From assembly GCF_006345805.1 (NCBI RefSeq), contig NC_043005.1:57722001-57786000 (forward strand): a stretch of DNA of 64,000 bases. Direction: 5' to 3'. This stretch comes from Octopus sinensis (lineage: Eukaryota). This document shows, one piece after another, positions 23,323 through 35,481 of this stretch (position 1 is its first letter; every line of letters starts with the position of its first letter). The position numbers were made by a program, and so were the translations under genes. A model generated the notes under the pieces. It did no database searches and was not told the origin of the DNA. It saw nothing but the letters and a program-made list of their open reading frames with translations.

Positions 23323-24450
23323 ATATTGTTGGCATCCTTTTTGTCTCGGGAGACAAAGGAGTTGCGCATAAAATAATCTAGTCCGGCTTTTACATTTCAT
23401 GTCCTAATACATCTCCTACTGTGACTGTGTAGTCCTATCCTGGACAAACACTCCCTCTGGCAGGTGCCGCAAATGTAGCGAAGACTTTGCTTGGCTGGTT
23501 GTAATGTCATACTTTCTTGTTGACGTCTTTTCTTGTCTTTCCATTTTTCCTCTCCCTCTATGTCACTCCTTTGTGTTCCCTCTTTTACGGTACGTCGCCA
23601 ATCTCTACGGTTGCTGGCAACTGCTTCCCAGTTGGTAATATTGATGTTGCAGGCATTCATGTCCCTTTTGCAAACATCCTTGTATCGTAAGAACGGTCTT
23701 CCCACAGACCTAGTGCCCCTAGCAAGCTCTCCGTTGAGTATGTCCTTAGGGATTCTGCCATCTTCCATACGGCTAAAATGTCGAAGCCATCTCATACGTC
23801 TTTGTGTGAGGAGTGTAAACATGCTTGGTATACCTGCTTGCTTGAGGACTTCTTTGTTGGGGACATGATTCTGCCATTTGATGCGAAGGATTTTCCGCAG
23901 GTGAAAGATATTTAGGCGACGTATGGCGTCGTATAGCGTGTGTATGGTGTCCAAGTCTCACTTCCATACAGTAGAGTGCTAAGTACACATGTCTGGTAAA
24001 TCTTCATTTTTGTGGTCTTGGTCAGCTTATTGTTGTCCCATGCCCGTTTGGAGAGTTGGGCCATCACAGCAGCTGCCTTGCTAATGCATATATTGAGCTC
24101 AGTATCAAGGGATTGGTTGTAGGTGACGGCAGAGCCAAGATAGGTAAACTTCTCCACCTCCTGTAGTCTGTGGTCTCCAATATGTATGTTTGGGATGGTC
24201 GATGTAGCCTGACCCATGATGTTGATCTTCTTGAGGCTGATAAATAAGCCAAAGTTGCCACATGCTTGCTCAAAACAGTTGATGAGCCTTTGTAGGGCTT
24301 CTTCTATGTGTGATACCAGAGCCGCATCATCAGCAAATAGTATCTCCTTGATCAAGACGCTTCTGATTTTGGTCTTGGCATGCAGACGCGAGAGATTGAA
24401 CAGTTTCCCATCACTTCTACTGTGCAGAAACACTCCATCATCTGATGTCA
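23323..24450 (-). mobile_element. 5'-truncated RTE-clade LINE (RT 3' half, C-terminal zinc finger, 3' UTR stem)
   Basis: ORFs contain LFADDAAL, KFTYLGS, VLSTLLYGSETWT, RMRWL.H..RMEDGRIPKDIL.GEL, GRP.LRYKD and C..C.R.CLSRIGLHSH.RRC. One frameshift near 23930. The 3' UTR carries a TTTGTCTC/GAGACAAA palindrome. Confidence 0.92.
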
Positions 24451-25582
24451 AATTCTGTCCTCAATAATTATAGATCTCTATTTCTAAATGTAATTCTTTT
24501 TCTTCTCGTTCAGTTTATAACTATAACACGCATTCTTGTCTGTCTCTTGAAAAAGCTTTTTTTCTCCAGCGTTCACCACTTCACCTCGTTAGGGTTAAAC
24601 ACCCCTTATCGAACGTTTTCACTGTCCCGTTTTTGTTAGCAGATTTGATGTTCTACGTATCTCAAATTTTATTTAATTTGCTTTGGGGGAGCAATTGCTT
24701 TGACGAAGACGCATCTTGTTGCACTGCTCGCAATGCGGAGTAGGTAAATCTGCCAACAATTGAGGAAGGGGTATTTTTTATGCTGCCTTCGCGCTATAGT
24801 ACTCAATCTATAATGGAAATTAACCCAACCCAACCCAACCGTGATAACAACGCCATAGCGTCGACTGTGGCCGTGTGGCTGTGTACAGTCGCCTCAATGT
24901 CGCCCAGAGCGAGCTCTGGTCGCCATAGCGTCGACTGTGGGCAAGTGGCTGTGTACAGTCGCCTCAATGTCGCCCAGAGCGAGCTCTGGCTGGTATGATG
25001 CTATAGCAGAAGACACATGCCAAGTTACCACACAGCCACACCTGCACCTGTGTGTGTGTGGGGGGGGTGTATCGGTATGTGTGTATGGGTGTATATATGT
25101 ATGCATATATATAATACAAAGTTATATCTTGATATCGCCAGTGATAACAATACTCAAAATATATAACAGACTGGAATTGTAGGCCCGTCTCTTGCAATTT
25201 CGATCAATTGGATCTTGTCCTCCCTCTTGTATAGAAGTGTACGCCTGCAGCGAAATTCATTTTTGGACTTTCTTCTATCGAAGGCTTTTTAACAAAAATG
25301 CTTACGTAAAGATGGTGAAAATATTGTCAATGTCCTCAAACAGGGACGCACTTCAATTTTTAAACAATGACCAAAGCCCCTTCTCCGAAAGGGGGAGGGT
25401 TACGGTTTACAATTATTTAACAAATGCAACACAAAAACGTTTCCCTGACGAGGAACCAACAAATGTGATTACAATAGTCAAACAGTAATAATAATAACAA
25501 CAAACCTTTTTAATTTATCCCCATTTATGTGAAACCATTTATTCAAGTTCAAGTCATTGATGCAATTTTATACGAATTGCTA

Positions 25583-25619
<37 letters not shown>

Positions 25620-25704
25620 ATAAGGGTGAAAAATTGAATATTAATTTGATTAATATGAATTGAAAACCAGTGGTGTAGCATATAAGACCATAGCTGATCT
25701 TCTT

Positions 25705-26023
25705 CTAGCAAAATGGATGACCACTGTTAATGGTTCATCCCTGTTATATAGTACTTTCACTTTAATAGTTTCAGTATTAAAGTGAATGTCTACATTACAA
25801 TAGAGAGATGTTTTGTTTCATTTTTAACACGTAATACTGAAATAGTGGAGAAGATATGCTATTGCTGTGGCTCGCCCTAGGGAAAAAGTTAATTTTTTTT
25901 TGCCGACGACACTCCCCCGACTTTAAGTAAGTCATGTGTAAAATTTGAATGAAATTGGTTGTGTAGTTCTCAAGTTTTAGGGAAACACACAGACAGACAT
26001 TCTCAGTTTTATATATAGAGAGA
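25705..26023 (-). mobile_element. Short non-autonomous Helitron-like element
   Basis: 5' end A|TCTCTCTATATATAAAACTGAGAATGTCTGTCTG. Near the 3' end a hairpin GGATGAACCA...TGGTCATCC is followed by ...GCTAG, but the next base is A rather than the canonical T. Confidence 0.5.
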
Positions 26024-26129
26024 TAATGCATTGATTTGATCGGGCGCCTATAATGTTGCTAAGACGGTGACGGCCCTAGGTAAAAGGCTAGATATTTGGG
26101 ACGGGAAGTGTTATTTGACTAAATCGCAC

Positions 26130-26950
26130 CCTTTCCCAGTACTTGACTGTTACTGTATTTATATAAAATCAACCAAAAGTAAAGTTGACCTCAGAACGTA
26201 AATTGCCAAGACAAACACTGTTAGGAATGTTAACGGAGTTTCTAACGATTCTGCCAAACCACTGCCTTCGTATTATAAACTTTCGCTGCATATCCACGAC
26301 CAAGTGACTATTAATTCTTTCTGATTTTGGCACAAGGCCAGCAGTTTTAGGGGATTGGATAAGTCGATTACATTGATTCCAGTACTCGACTGGTACTTTA
26401 TTTTATCGACCCCGAAAGGATGAAAAGCAAAGCTGATCTCAGCTGGGTTTAAACTATGATTACAAACAGCCGGGCGAAATGCTGCTCTGTCGGTTTCCCC
26501 AGTTCACTGCCCGACTAATAATCATTTCTACTATAAGCACGAGGCCTGAAATGTTGAGAGACGAAGCAAGTCGATTACATCGATCTCAGTGCTTAACTGG
26601 CACTTATTTTCTCGATCCCAAAAGGATAAAAAGCAAAGTCCGACCTCAGCGGAATACGAACACAGAACATAAAGACGGACAAAATGCCATTAATTATTGT
26701 GTTCAGTATACTAAAGATTCTACCAATGTCACACTTTAATTTCGCCTAACAAATAATGGTTTCGAATTTTAGCACAGGATCAGCAGTTTTGTTGTTGTTG
26801 TTGTTTTTCTTTTGAGGGGAGGGATAACTTTGACTGGTACTTATGTTATCTACCTCTGGCCGGAATTTGAACTCTGAACGTGTTGTCTCAGGAAATGCTG
26901 CTAAGCATTTTGTACGGGGTACTAACAATTCTGCCAGCTTGTCGCCCTAC
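26130..26950 (-). mobile_element. Cluster of degenerate SINE family A copies
   Basis: Repeated ttttatcgaccccgaaaggatgaaaagcaaag and ctaac.attctgcca motifs. Confidence 0.75.
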
Positions 26951-27086
26951 AAATAATTCTACTTCTCTATTTGCAAATCAACCGCTAGACCAGCTCTCTT
27001 ATAAACCAATTCATATAAATCCTGAAGAATATTTGTTGGTTTTTTACTTTTTAAAAAAATTTAGTTATAATTTTTTTTAATTTATA

Positions 27087-27251
27087 TAGGCGTAGGAGTG
27101 GCTGTGTGGTAATTAGCTTGCTTACCAACCACATGGTTCTGGGTTCAGTCCCACTGCGTAGAACCTTGGGCAAGTGTCTTCTACTATAGCCTCGGGCCGA
27201 CCAAAGTCTTGTGTGTGGATTTGGTAGACGGAAACTGAAAGAAGCCCGTTG

Positions 27252-27322
<71 letters not shown>

Positions 27323-27545
27323 TGTTTGTGTGCCTGTGTTTGTCCCCCTTCAACATTGCTCGACAACCGACGCTGGTGTGTTTACGTCTCCGTAACTTAG
27401 CGGTTCGGCAAAAGAGACCGATGGAATAAGTACTAGGCTTACAAAGAATAAGTCCTGGGGTCGATTTGCTCGACTAAAAGGCGGTGCTCCAGCATGGCCG
27501 CAGTCAAATGACTGGAACAATTGAAAGAGTAATGAGTAAAAAGAG
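27087..27545 (+). mobile_element. SINE family B, full length
   Basis: Co-linear with 21408-21835. Confidence 0.88.
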
Positions 27546-28076
27546 TATACATAAAATTATACTCAATAATAAATTATCAAAATACCAAAAGGGAGTAGCC
27601 ACATAGAACTGCTTTGTCATTTCAAACAATATCTGAACTCTAAATTCACACAGAATCCGGAAGCAATATAAAAAATTCGAGATGGTCAGTTAGATGCGGA
27701 TACATATGGAGAAAGAGCAAAAGAAATATTAAAGGCGAGTAAAAGAATGAAAGTCATAAAGTTATAAAGCCTTCAGTATAGATGTTATCAGTGCTGGAGG
27801 ACTAAAACCAGGAAACCAGCAAATAGTTTTAAAATATTACACATTATAATGTGTAATATGTTAACTATTTACTTGCCTTCTGTTTTTAGTACTTCAACAG
27901 CAATAACATCTTTACTGGAGGCATGGTATGGAAAACAAAAGAGACATGAAAAATCTACGCTGGTAATACCAGTCAACACACACACACATGCACACACTTG
28001 TATGTGTGTATAAATATTATATATAATATATATATATGTATGTATGTATGTATGTATGCTTATGTATGTAGTATGT

Positions 28077-28108
<32 letters not shown>

Positions 28109-28143
28109 TTAATATATATATATATATATATAATATATATGTG

Positions 28144-28193
<50 letters not shown>

Positions 28194-28224
28194 GTTATAT
28201 CTGTGAGTGTGCGTGTATATATAC

Positions 28225-28433
28225 TCTTTACTTGTTTCAGTCATTTGACTGTGGCCATGCTGGACCACCGCCTTTTAGTCGAGCAAATCGAGCCCAGGAC
28301 TTATTCTTTGTAAGCCTAGTACTTATTTTATCGGTTGCTTTGCCGGACCTCTAAGTTACGGGGACGTAAACGCACCAGCATCGGTTGTTCAAGCGATGTT
28401 GGGGGTTGGACACAGACACACAAACATACATCA

Positions 28434-28495
<62 letters not shown>

Positions 28496-28675
28496 TAATA
28501 TATACACATATATACGACGGGCTTCTTTCAGTTTCCGTCTACCAAATCCATTCAGAAGGCTTTGTCGCCCGAGGTTATAGTAGAAGACACATACCTAAGG
28601 TGCCACGCAGTGGGATTGAACCCAGAACCATGTGGTTGGTAAGCAAGCAACTTACCACACAGTCACTCCTACGCC
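28225..28675 (-). mobile_element. SINE family B, full length, reverse
   Basis: Reverse complement of the family B pattern seen in this window. Confidence 0.85.
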
Positions 28676-30551
28676 TATTTATATATATATACAGAGAGAG
28701 AGAGAGAGAGAGAGAGATAAGTACCAAACCATTGAAAACAACTGGTAATGTTTACATGGACACTAGGAAAATACGTCTCGTGTATCACATGTAATACACA
28801 GGACGGGCAAAGGATTAAAAACTCCCAAACTCCGAGTGATGGTAGTGGTAACAGATGCTGATTAATTGGATTGCATGTGAGGCCTAGAGCATCAAAAGAA
28901 AAAGTAAGAACACAAGGCGACGTCAACTCACGCCGCTACATCTGTGATCCATTGGTAACAGAAATGCATGCATCGTTGGAAAACAGCTCCAGTTTAACTA
29001 TCTTCCTTCGCAGTTGAGATTTTCCATAACAATACTTCTCTCTAGTTAGATTAGTAAAAATGTTACAAATATGCTGTTGGAGAACAGTGTAATTTACTTC
29101 GAATGCCAGGTAATTAATTTATATCAAATGTCGGTAATTAACTAATGCTCAATTTCTGTAATTATGCTTAATATGGTAGAAAAATACGTCGAGATTTTCT
29201 TGATATATTTGGCTGTTAAAATCTTGAATTAACAATGATTTCAAAATTAGGCACAACTTCCCACATAAGCTCGACAATTGTATTTGACGAGAAGCTTTTC
29301 GAGTCAGCACGGGAGCCTCTACGCAGTGGATTGATCTACTAGAAATTATAGTGGAACCTCCTTCAGCTCACAACTTACCATCTTAAGGAAAGAGACACGT
29401 CGGATAATATTTCCCCGGATTCATTACACGTGGGTAAAAGATAGGATGGCCATGGTTAGAATGCCTTTAATTGTAGGTCTGTTGGATAAATGTTTACCTG
29501 AGACTAAACAACAACTCGTACATTATTTTATCGTGTCTAAAAGAACGAACGACTAAGTCATCTCCGGCGCGACTTGAAATCTGAACGTCAACATGGGTAC
29601 CTTAAATACACCCGGGTATCCGTACTTCTACCGATTCTCTCGCCCACCGCTACCTATAGTAAACATTGAAAATCCTTTACATTGACACAAAGTCATGGTC
29701 ACCAGACATTTCCGCAGAGACTAGGGATAAAGACAATTAAATCGACCCCACCTCGTAATTAACTGGTAGCTATTTTACGGAAAGAATAAAAAGGGTATGA
29801 ATAGAAAGAGAAAGAAGTCAGCCTCATCGAGATTCGATCTAAGAACATGAAGATCTTTAACTAAATACAGCTAAGAACAAATCAGGCACTGGTGGCAACC
29901 AATTTATACGTATGTGTCTGTCTGTGCACGCGCGCGTATGCATACATACATACATACATACATACATACACACACACACAGAGACACACACACATACACA
30001 CACACATGCATACATGCATACATGCATATATGCACACACACCTACAAACTCACGCACTCACATATACATACACGCATTAAATACATACGTGTGTACATGT
30101 TTATACATATGTGTGTATATATATGTGCGTGTGTGTGTTTCTTTATTAACCACAAAGGGCTGAACACAGAGAGGACAAATTACAAAGTAGAGCTTTTCTT
30201 TTGGGGGAGTAAGAAAAAAGGTGGGGGGTAGGTTTTTGATCAAAAGGGATCGTAAAAAAATAACGATCAATAGGGATCGTGTATCACAGAAATGTCATGA
30301 TGTAAAGTGTAAAGGGAGAAACAGTTAAGGTTTATCCGTGGAAAGAAAAGCCTACGGAAAAGACCACGGTAACCTCGGTCAATATAAGCACATGTTAACA
30401 CATTTATTTGCAAGTAACTCTTTTAAAAAATTTTCCAGGTTCATAGGATTATGCTCAAGGTGACTTCGTCATTCATACGTGCCATCCTTGCTACATTCAC
30501 CCATCTTTTTTTGAAACAATATATAGTTAAGTGATAAACTATAGATTCTCA

Positions 30552-30738
30552 ATAGAATTCAAAGCCAGCACTGTAACGTTGCGACGTTTCGTATACGACG
30601 AATACGACTAGGTAAACAATGCGATCAAAGATACAACCTATTTTCTTTCTTCTGTCTTCTGTCTTTTGTTAGCATTGTTTACAGAGATGTATTCGTAAAC
30701 GAAAACGTCGTAACTTATACTACTGGCTTTGAATTTTA
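30552..30738. mobile_element. Short MITE-like element with ~50-bp imperfect terminal inverted repeats
   Basis: ATAGAATTCAAAGCCAG...CGACGTTTCG..ACGAATAC pairs with GTATTCGT..CGAAAACGTCG...CTGGCTTTGAATTTTAT. Confidence 0.6.
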
Positions 30739-30909
30739 TAGAAAATCTATAGTTTATCACTTGAAAACGAGAATATCAATCTCGCTGCTAACACAAAAAT
30801 GCAAGAGAGGCAATATTGAATTTCAGGCTCTTTGTCAAATGTTATGGTTGCAAAAACTGTGTCCTTGACAGTAATCAATATAAATATGTGTGTGAGTGTT
30901 TGTGCGTAC

Positions 30910-30913
30910 GCAT

Positions 30914-30957
<44 letters not shown>

Positions 30958-30984
30958 TGTAATATATATATATATATATGTATG

Positions 30985-31038
<54 letters not shown>

Positions 31039-31087
31039 TATATACATATATATATATATACAATATATATAATATATACATATATAA

Positions 31088-31121
<34 letters not shown>

Positions 31122-31157
31122 CATATATATATACTATATATATACATATATATACAC

Positions 31158-31191
<34 letters not shown>

Positions 31192-31227
31192 TACATATAT
31201 TATATATAACATATATATATACATATA

Positions 31228-31261
<34 letters not shown>

Positions 31262-31326
31262 ATATATATATATATACATATATATATACATATATATATA
31301 TACATATATATCTAATATACATATAC

Positions 31327-31369
<43 letters not shown>

Positions 31370-31393
31370 ATATATATACATATATATACATAT

Positions 31394-31429
<36 letters not shown>

Positions 31430-31456
31430 GATATATACATATATATATATATATAT

Positions 31457-31494
<38 letters not shown>

Positions 31495-31495
31495 A
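30910..31495. repeat. Long degenerate (TA)n tract ending in (GA)n
   Basis: Direct reading. It is the source of the YI/IY ORFs. Confidence 0.95.
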
Positions 31496-32401
31496 TTAGA
31501 CAGATAGATAGATAGATAGAAAGTCAATAGATGAGATTCAGAGATGTTCAATGTAGAAAATACTTGGTAACGTTCCAATGATTTGAACTTACACTCCGAA
31601 ATCTTTACGGAGGACTAAGTCCGCGGAGTAAAGAATGGCTGTAAGAGAAATCCGGATGAGAAGAAACGGTGATAATGATGCAAATAAACAAATAAAATCG
31701 CTTGGGCTAGATATATAAAATGTACATACATATATACATGTAAATAGAGAGAGAACAATATTCAGGCGATGAACATTCATGTAAAAATATAGATATTCAT
31801 ATATTAAGAGAGCAGACTTACACAGAGTAGAGTATAAAGACATTGAAAATGAAGGGAAGAAGGTAAGGTAGGTATTGTAGGTCCGACAGCTGTTACTGGA
31901 GGCTCGGAACTAAGTCATAATGTTGGCAGGATGTAGTTCATAAAAAGTTAAGGATATGCAACCTGTAGTGGAAGTTTGTAAACTTTAGGTAAATCTGGTG
32001 TTCGTCTTCTGGGTGGATAGACGGGTATCTATTTCTTTTTTATAGATATAGATATATAGTGTTCTCAGTCATGTAGCTAAGATGCCTGCAACTCGAAAGA
32101 GTACTCAACGTAGTTTGAAAGCAGAGTTATTTTACATTGCAAAGTTTACGTACAACTTACAACATGCCTCTAGATTCATCAGAGTTTAGATTGTGACTGA
32201 GAGATGAAGTTGAAAATTGTTCACCAGTGCTGGATGGAAATATGTAGGAATGGTGCTGGGTGGGTGGGGGTTTGTATACAAATATTAACAGACGGTTCAT
32301 CCCAGAACATTTAAGTGGGGGTATTATAGTTATTCTTACAAATAAAAGTTTGACCGTGACCTCGAATTTTAACCAGCCATTGATTCGACAAACTATATTC
32401 C

Positions 32402-32473
<72 letters not shown>

Positions 32474-32981
32474 TGTGTGTGTTGTGTGTGTGTCTTTGTG
32501 TGTGTGTGTCTTTGTGTGTGTGTGTGTGTGTATCTAGATTGTTTTACAGATTTAACAATTTAGCAAAAAATTCAGTTTTCGCAAATTCATTTATAACTCC
32601 TCTGAAAACCAGAGCAGTTATTACTGAAATAGCAAAAGCAAAATTTCTTTCCTCAACACATTAAATCAAGAAAATAAAAAACTATTGACTCTACAAATCT
32701 TGTATTCAGCTGTCTCTGGATTTCTGGTCTTCTTGAAGTTTGGTTCAACAATTTTCAAAGACGATGCGGATTCCTTTCCTGCAGTTAACCTTTAATTCTC
32801 TTTTTCTTTTTCTTTTTTAATTTAAGCAGTTGTTTTATATCCAATATATAACATGCTATTATTTAGCTGTATCCACTTCGAGGTTTGTACTTAAAATGAT
32901 TCTATCTATCTATCTATTTGCATATATATCATATATATATAATATATAATATACGATATATAATATATAATATATATATAA

Positions 32982-33013
<32 letters not shown>

Positions 33014-33259
33014 TTTATTTATTTATTTATGAATTCGTGTTGCAAGATTCCTGATGTGAAGTTGTGTGTTGAAACAGATATTGTTGTACTTCGGATGGTA
33101 TTTTGCTTTGCCAAATAACACTCGCAATATTATATATACATATGTTTTTGTGTATATATGAATGCATGTATGTGTATGTGTCTGCACGTATGTTTATATA
33201 TATGTATGTATGTTTGTATGTATATAATATATATATACATGTGTGTGTGTGTATGTATG

Positions 33260-33318
<59 letters not shown>

Positions 33319-33672
33319 GTATGTATATATAGATAGAGAGTGGGAGGGGTAGACATATATATGCGTTAGGGTATATATATGTGATTACGTGTTCGTATAT
33401 ACACATATGTCTATGTTATGTGTGTGTGTGCGTGCGTGCGTGCGCGTGTAATTAGTTACAGGTATTTATTCTGCAAAGCTAATTACGAATTAATTCCAAC
33501 CAGATGTTAAGATAGTTAATTTTTAATGGAATACTTAATGAAAGAAATCTAGGCATTAGGCATCTCAGTTTCATTAACAGAGTTATATGTTATTCATTTC
33601 TATTTATTTCACATGATCCCTTGAACAGAAATTCCATTCACCTATCCATCTATCCATCCATCCATCCATCCA

Positions 33673-33713
<41 letters not shown>

Positions 33714-34189
33714 GTCCCTCTCTCTCTCTCTCTCTTGTCCCTCTCTCTGTCTCTCTCTGTGTCCCTCTCTCTCTCTCTCTCTGTCCCTCTCTGTCTCTCT
33801 CTTGTCCCTCTCACTCTCTGTCTCTCACTCTGTCCCTCTCTTTCTGTCCCCCTCTCTCTCTGTTCCCCTCTGTCCCTCCCTCTCTTCCCCTCTTTCTCAT
33901 CCCAGTCTCTCCCCCTATTTCTCTGTGCATTTACAAAAGTATGGATACATATTTTACTAATATGTGAGAGAGAACTCAAAGAGATATCTGGATGACTATT
34001 ATATTTTGAAATTAAAGTATTGATACACTATTCGAATTTGAAACACTGGTCAATGGTATAAATGCTAACAACATACAATGGAATACAACAAAGAAAAACT
34101 TTCATTTCTTGATATTTCAATATAAAAAAAGTCAGTAGCCAAATCGACATCTTTTATAAATACACATATCTACTATTTAATACTTGCCA

Positions 34190-35245
34190 TCCGAGAAGCC
34201 ATGAAGTATCGAGATTCCAAGGATACTAAAGTAGCAGCAGTCAGAGAGTTACAGATAGCTGAAGAACGGATGAGACAGAACATTCTTATTGGGACTGTTG
34301 TGACAGGACGTTTAAGCTTCCAACCTATTAGATCAGTATCACCGAAGGAAAAGTGTGATAACATCTTCTCCGGGAAGAAGAGGAAGCGCTGGCTAGCAAG
34401 ATTTGGGGAATTAAATTGAGAAGGAGCTTGGACAAGACGGGTCGACATACAACAAAGAAACATCACTTGGATGTCTTACGGGCTCAGATCCAGTGCATCA
34501 GGTTAACCATCCAAGTTGTATACGATACTTTATTTGGTCCGACAAACCTTCATCCATGAGTCAAGAGTGAAGCACTCTTCTCTTCTGTCCCATGTGTACT
34601 AAAACAGGAGCTTTTCAATATCTCTTCAGCAGCGGCCCCAGAACCTTAACCGATATCAGCTAATGCTTGTGACATGACTAGGTGCTCAAGATGGATGCGA
34701 AGGTGATATCAACAACCACTTAGTCCACTAAACGCCACTCTAGGAAGGAAGCTACTTTTATCAACGCTGGAGAGATTTCGTCTTCATTGAAAAAAAATTT
34801 CAACGACTGTGTCTACTTTCCACGACCTCGTCTGACAGATAAGACTGGATTTCATTAAACAAAGCTCATCATATCAAGAGCACTCAGCACCGATTTCATA
34901 AAAGAAAAGATCATGTAGGTGTTTTCTGTATCCTGGAAAGAACACATTGCAGTAGATAATTAGAGAAAGCTTGCCAAATACCAGGAGCAGGAACAGCAGC
35001 GCAGAGATCAAGGTTGGCGGCCGCATTTCGAGCGACTTGAAGTCGGCTACTGGGAGTTTTGTGGCAAGTTCGCTCCGCAAGGTTCTGACTGAGTTATTGG
35101 TGCAGCAAAGAAGGTAGCTGCAGAGAAAACCACTAGATGGCTTTGGATAAAGTGTGCAAGCAAAGATTAGATCAACTGGGCAAGAGGAGTCTGACATTAA
35201 ATCGCCCGACCCTAGAAACACCACCGAGCATCCGTGACATCTATG
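34190..35245 (+). mobile_element. Decayed RLE non-LTR retrotransposon 3' end (HERO-clade-like)
   Basis: Hand translation across frameshifts gives AAVRELQIAEERMRQNILIG...GR, EGAWTR...RNITW, TIQVVYDTLFGPTNL...CPMC, WKEHI...RKLAKYQE...QGWR...LEVG and AAEKTTRWLWIK. It is followed by (CATA)n. Confidence 0.6.
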
Positions 35246-35273
35246 CATACATACATATACATACATACATACA

Positions 35274-35305
<32 letters not shown>

Positions 35306-35481
35306 CACACACATATATGAATGTATATACGTATATTTATACACACACACACACATATGTCTTATATATAAATGCAAATTTGTTTGTCTGTTACCATACT
35401 AGAGAACCAATCTTCACAAAACTTTGCATACTGTTAAACTAACATCCAGTTCGTTTACACGAAGCAGCAAATGTGCTCATA

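Noticed and set aside
32170-32200. CTGATGA on the minus strand as another hammerhead
   Set aside because: No GAAA or pairing stems at a suitable distance.
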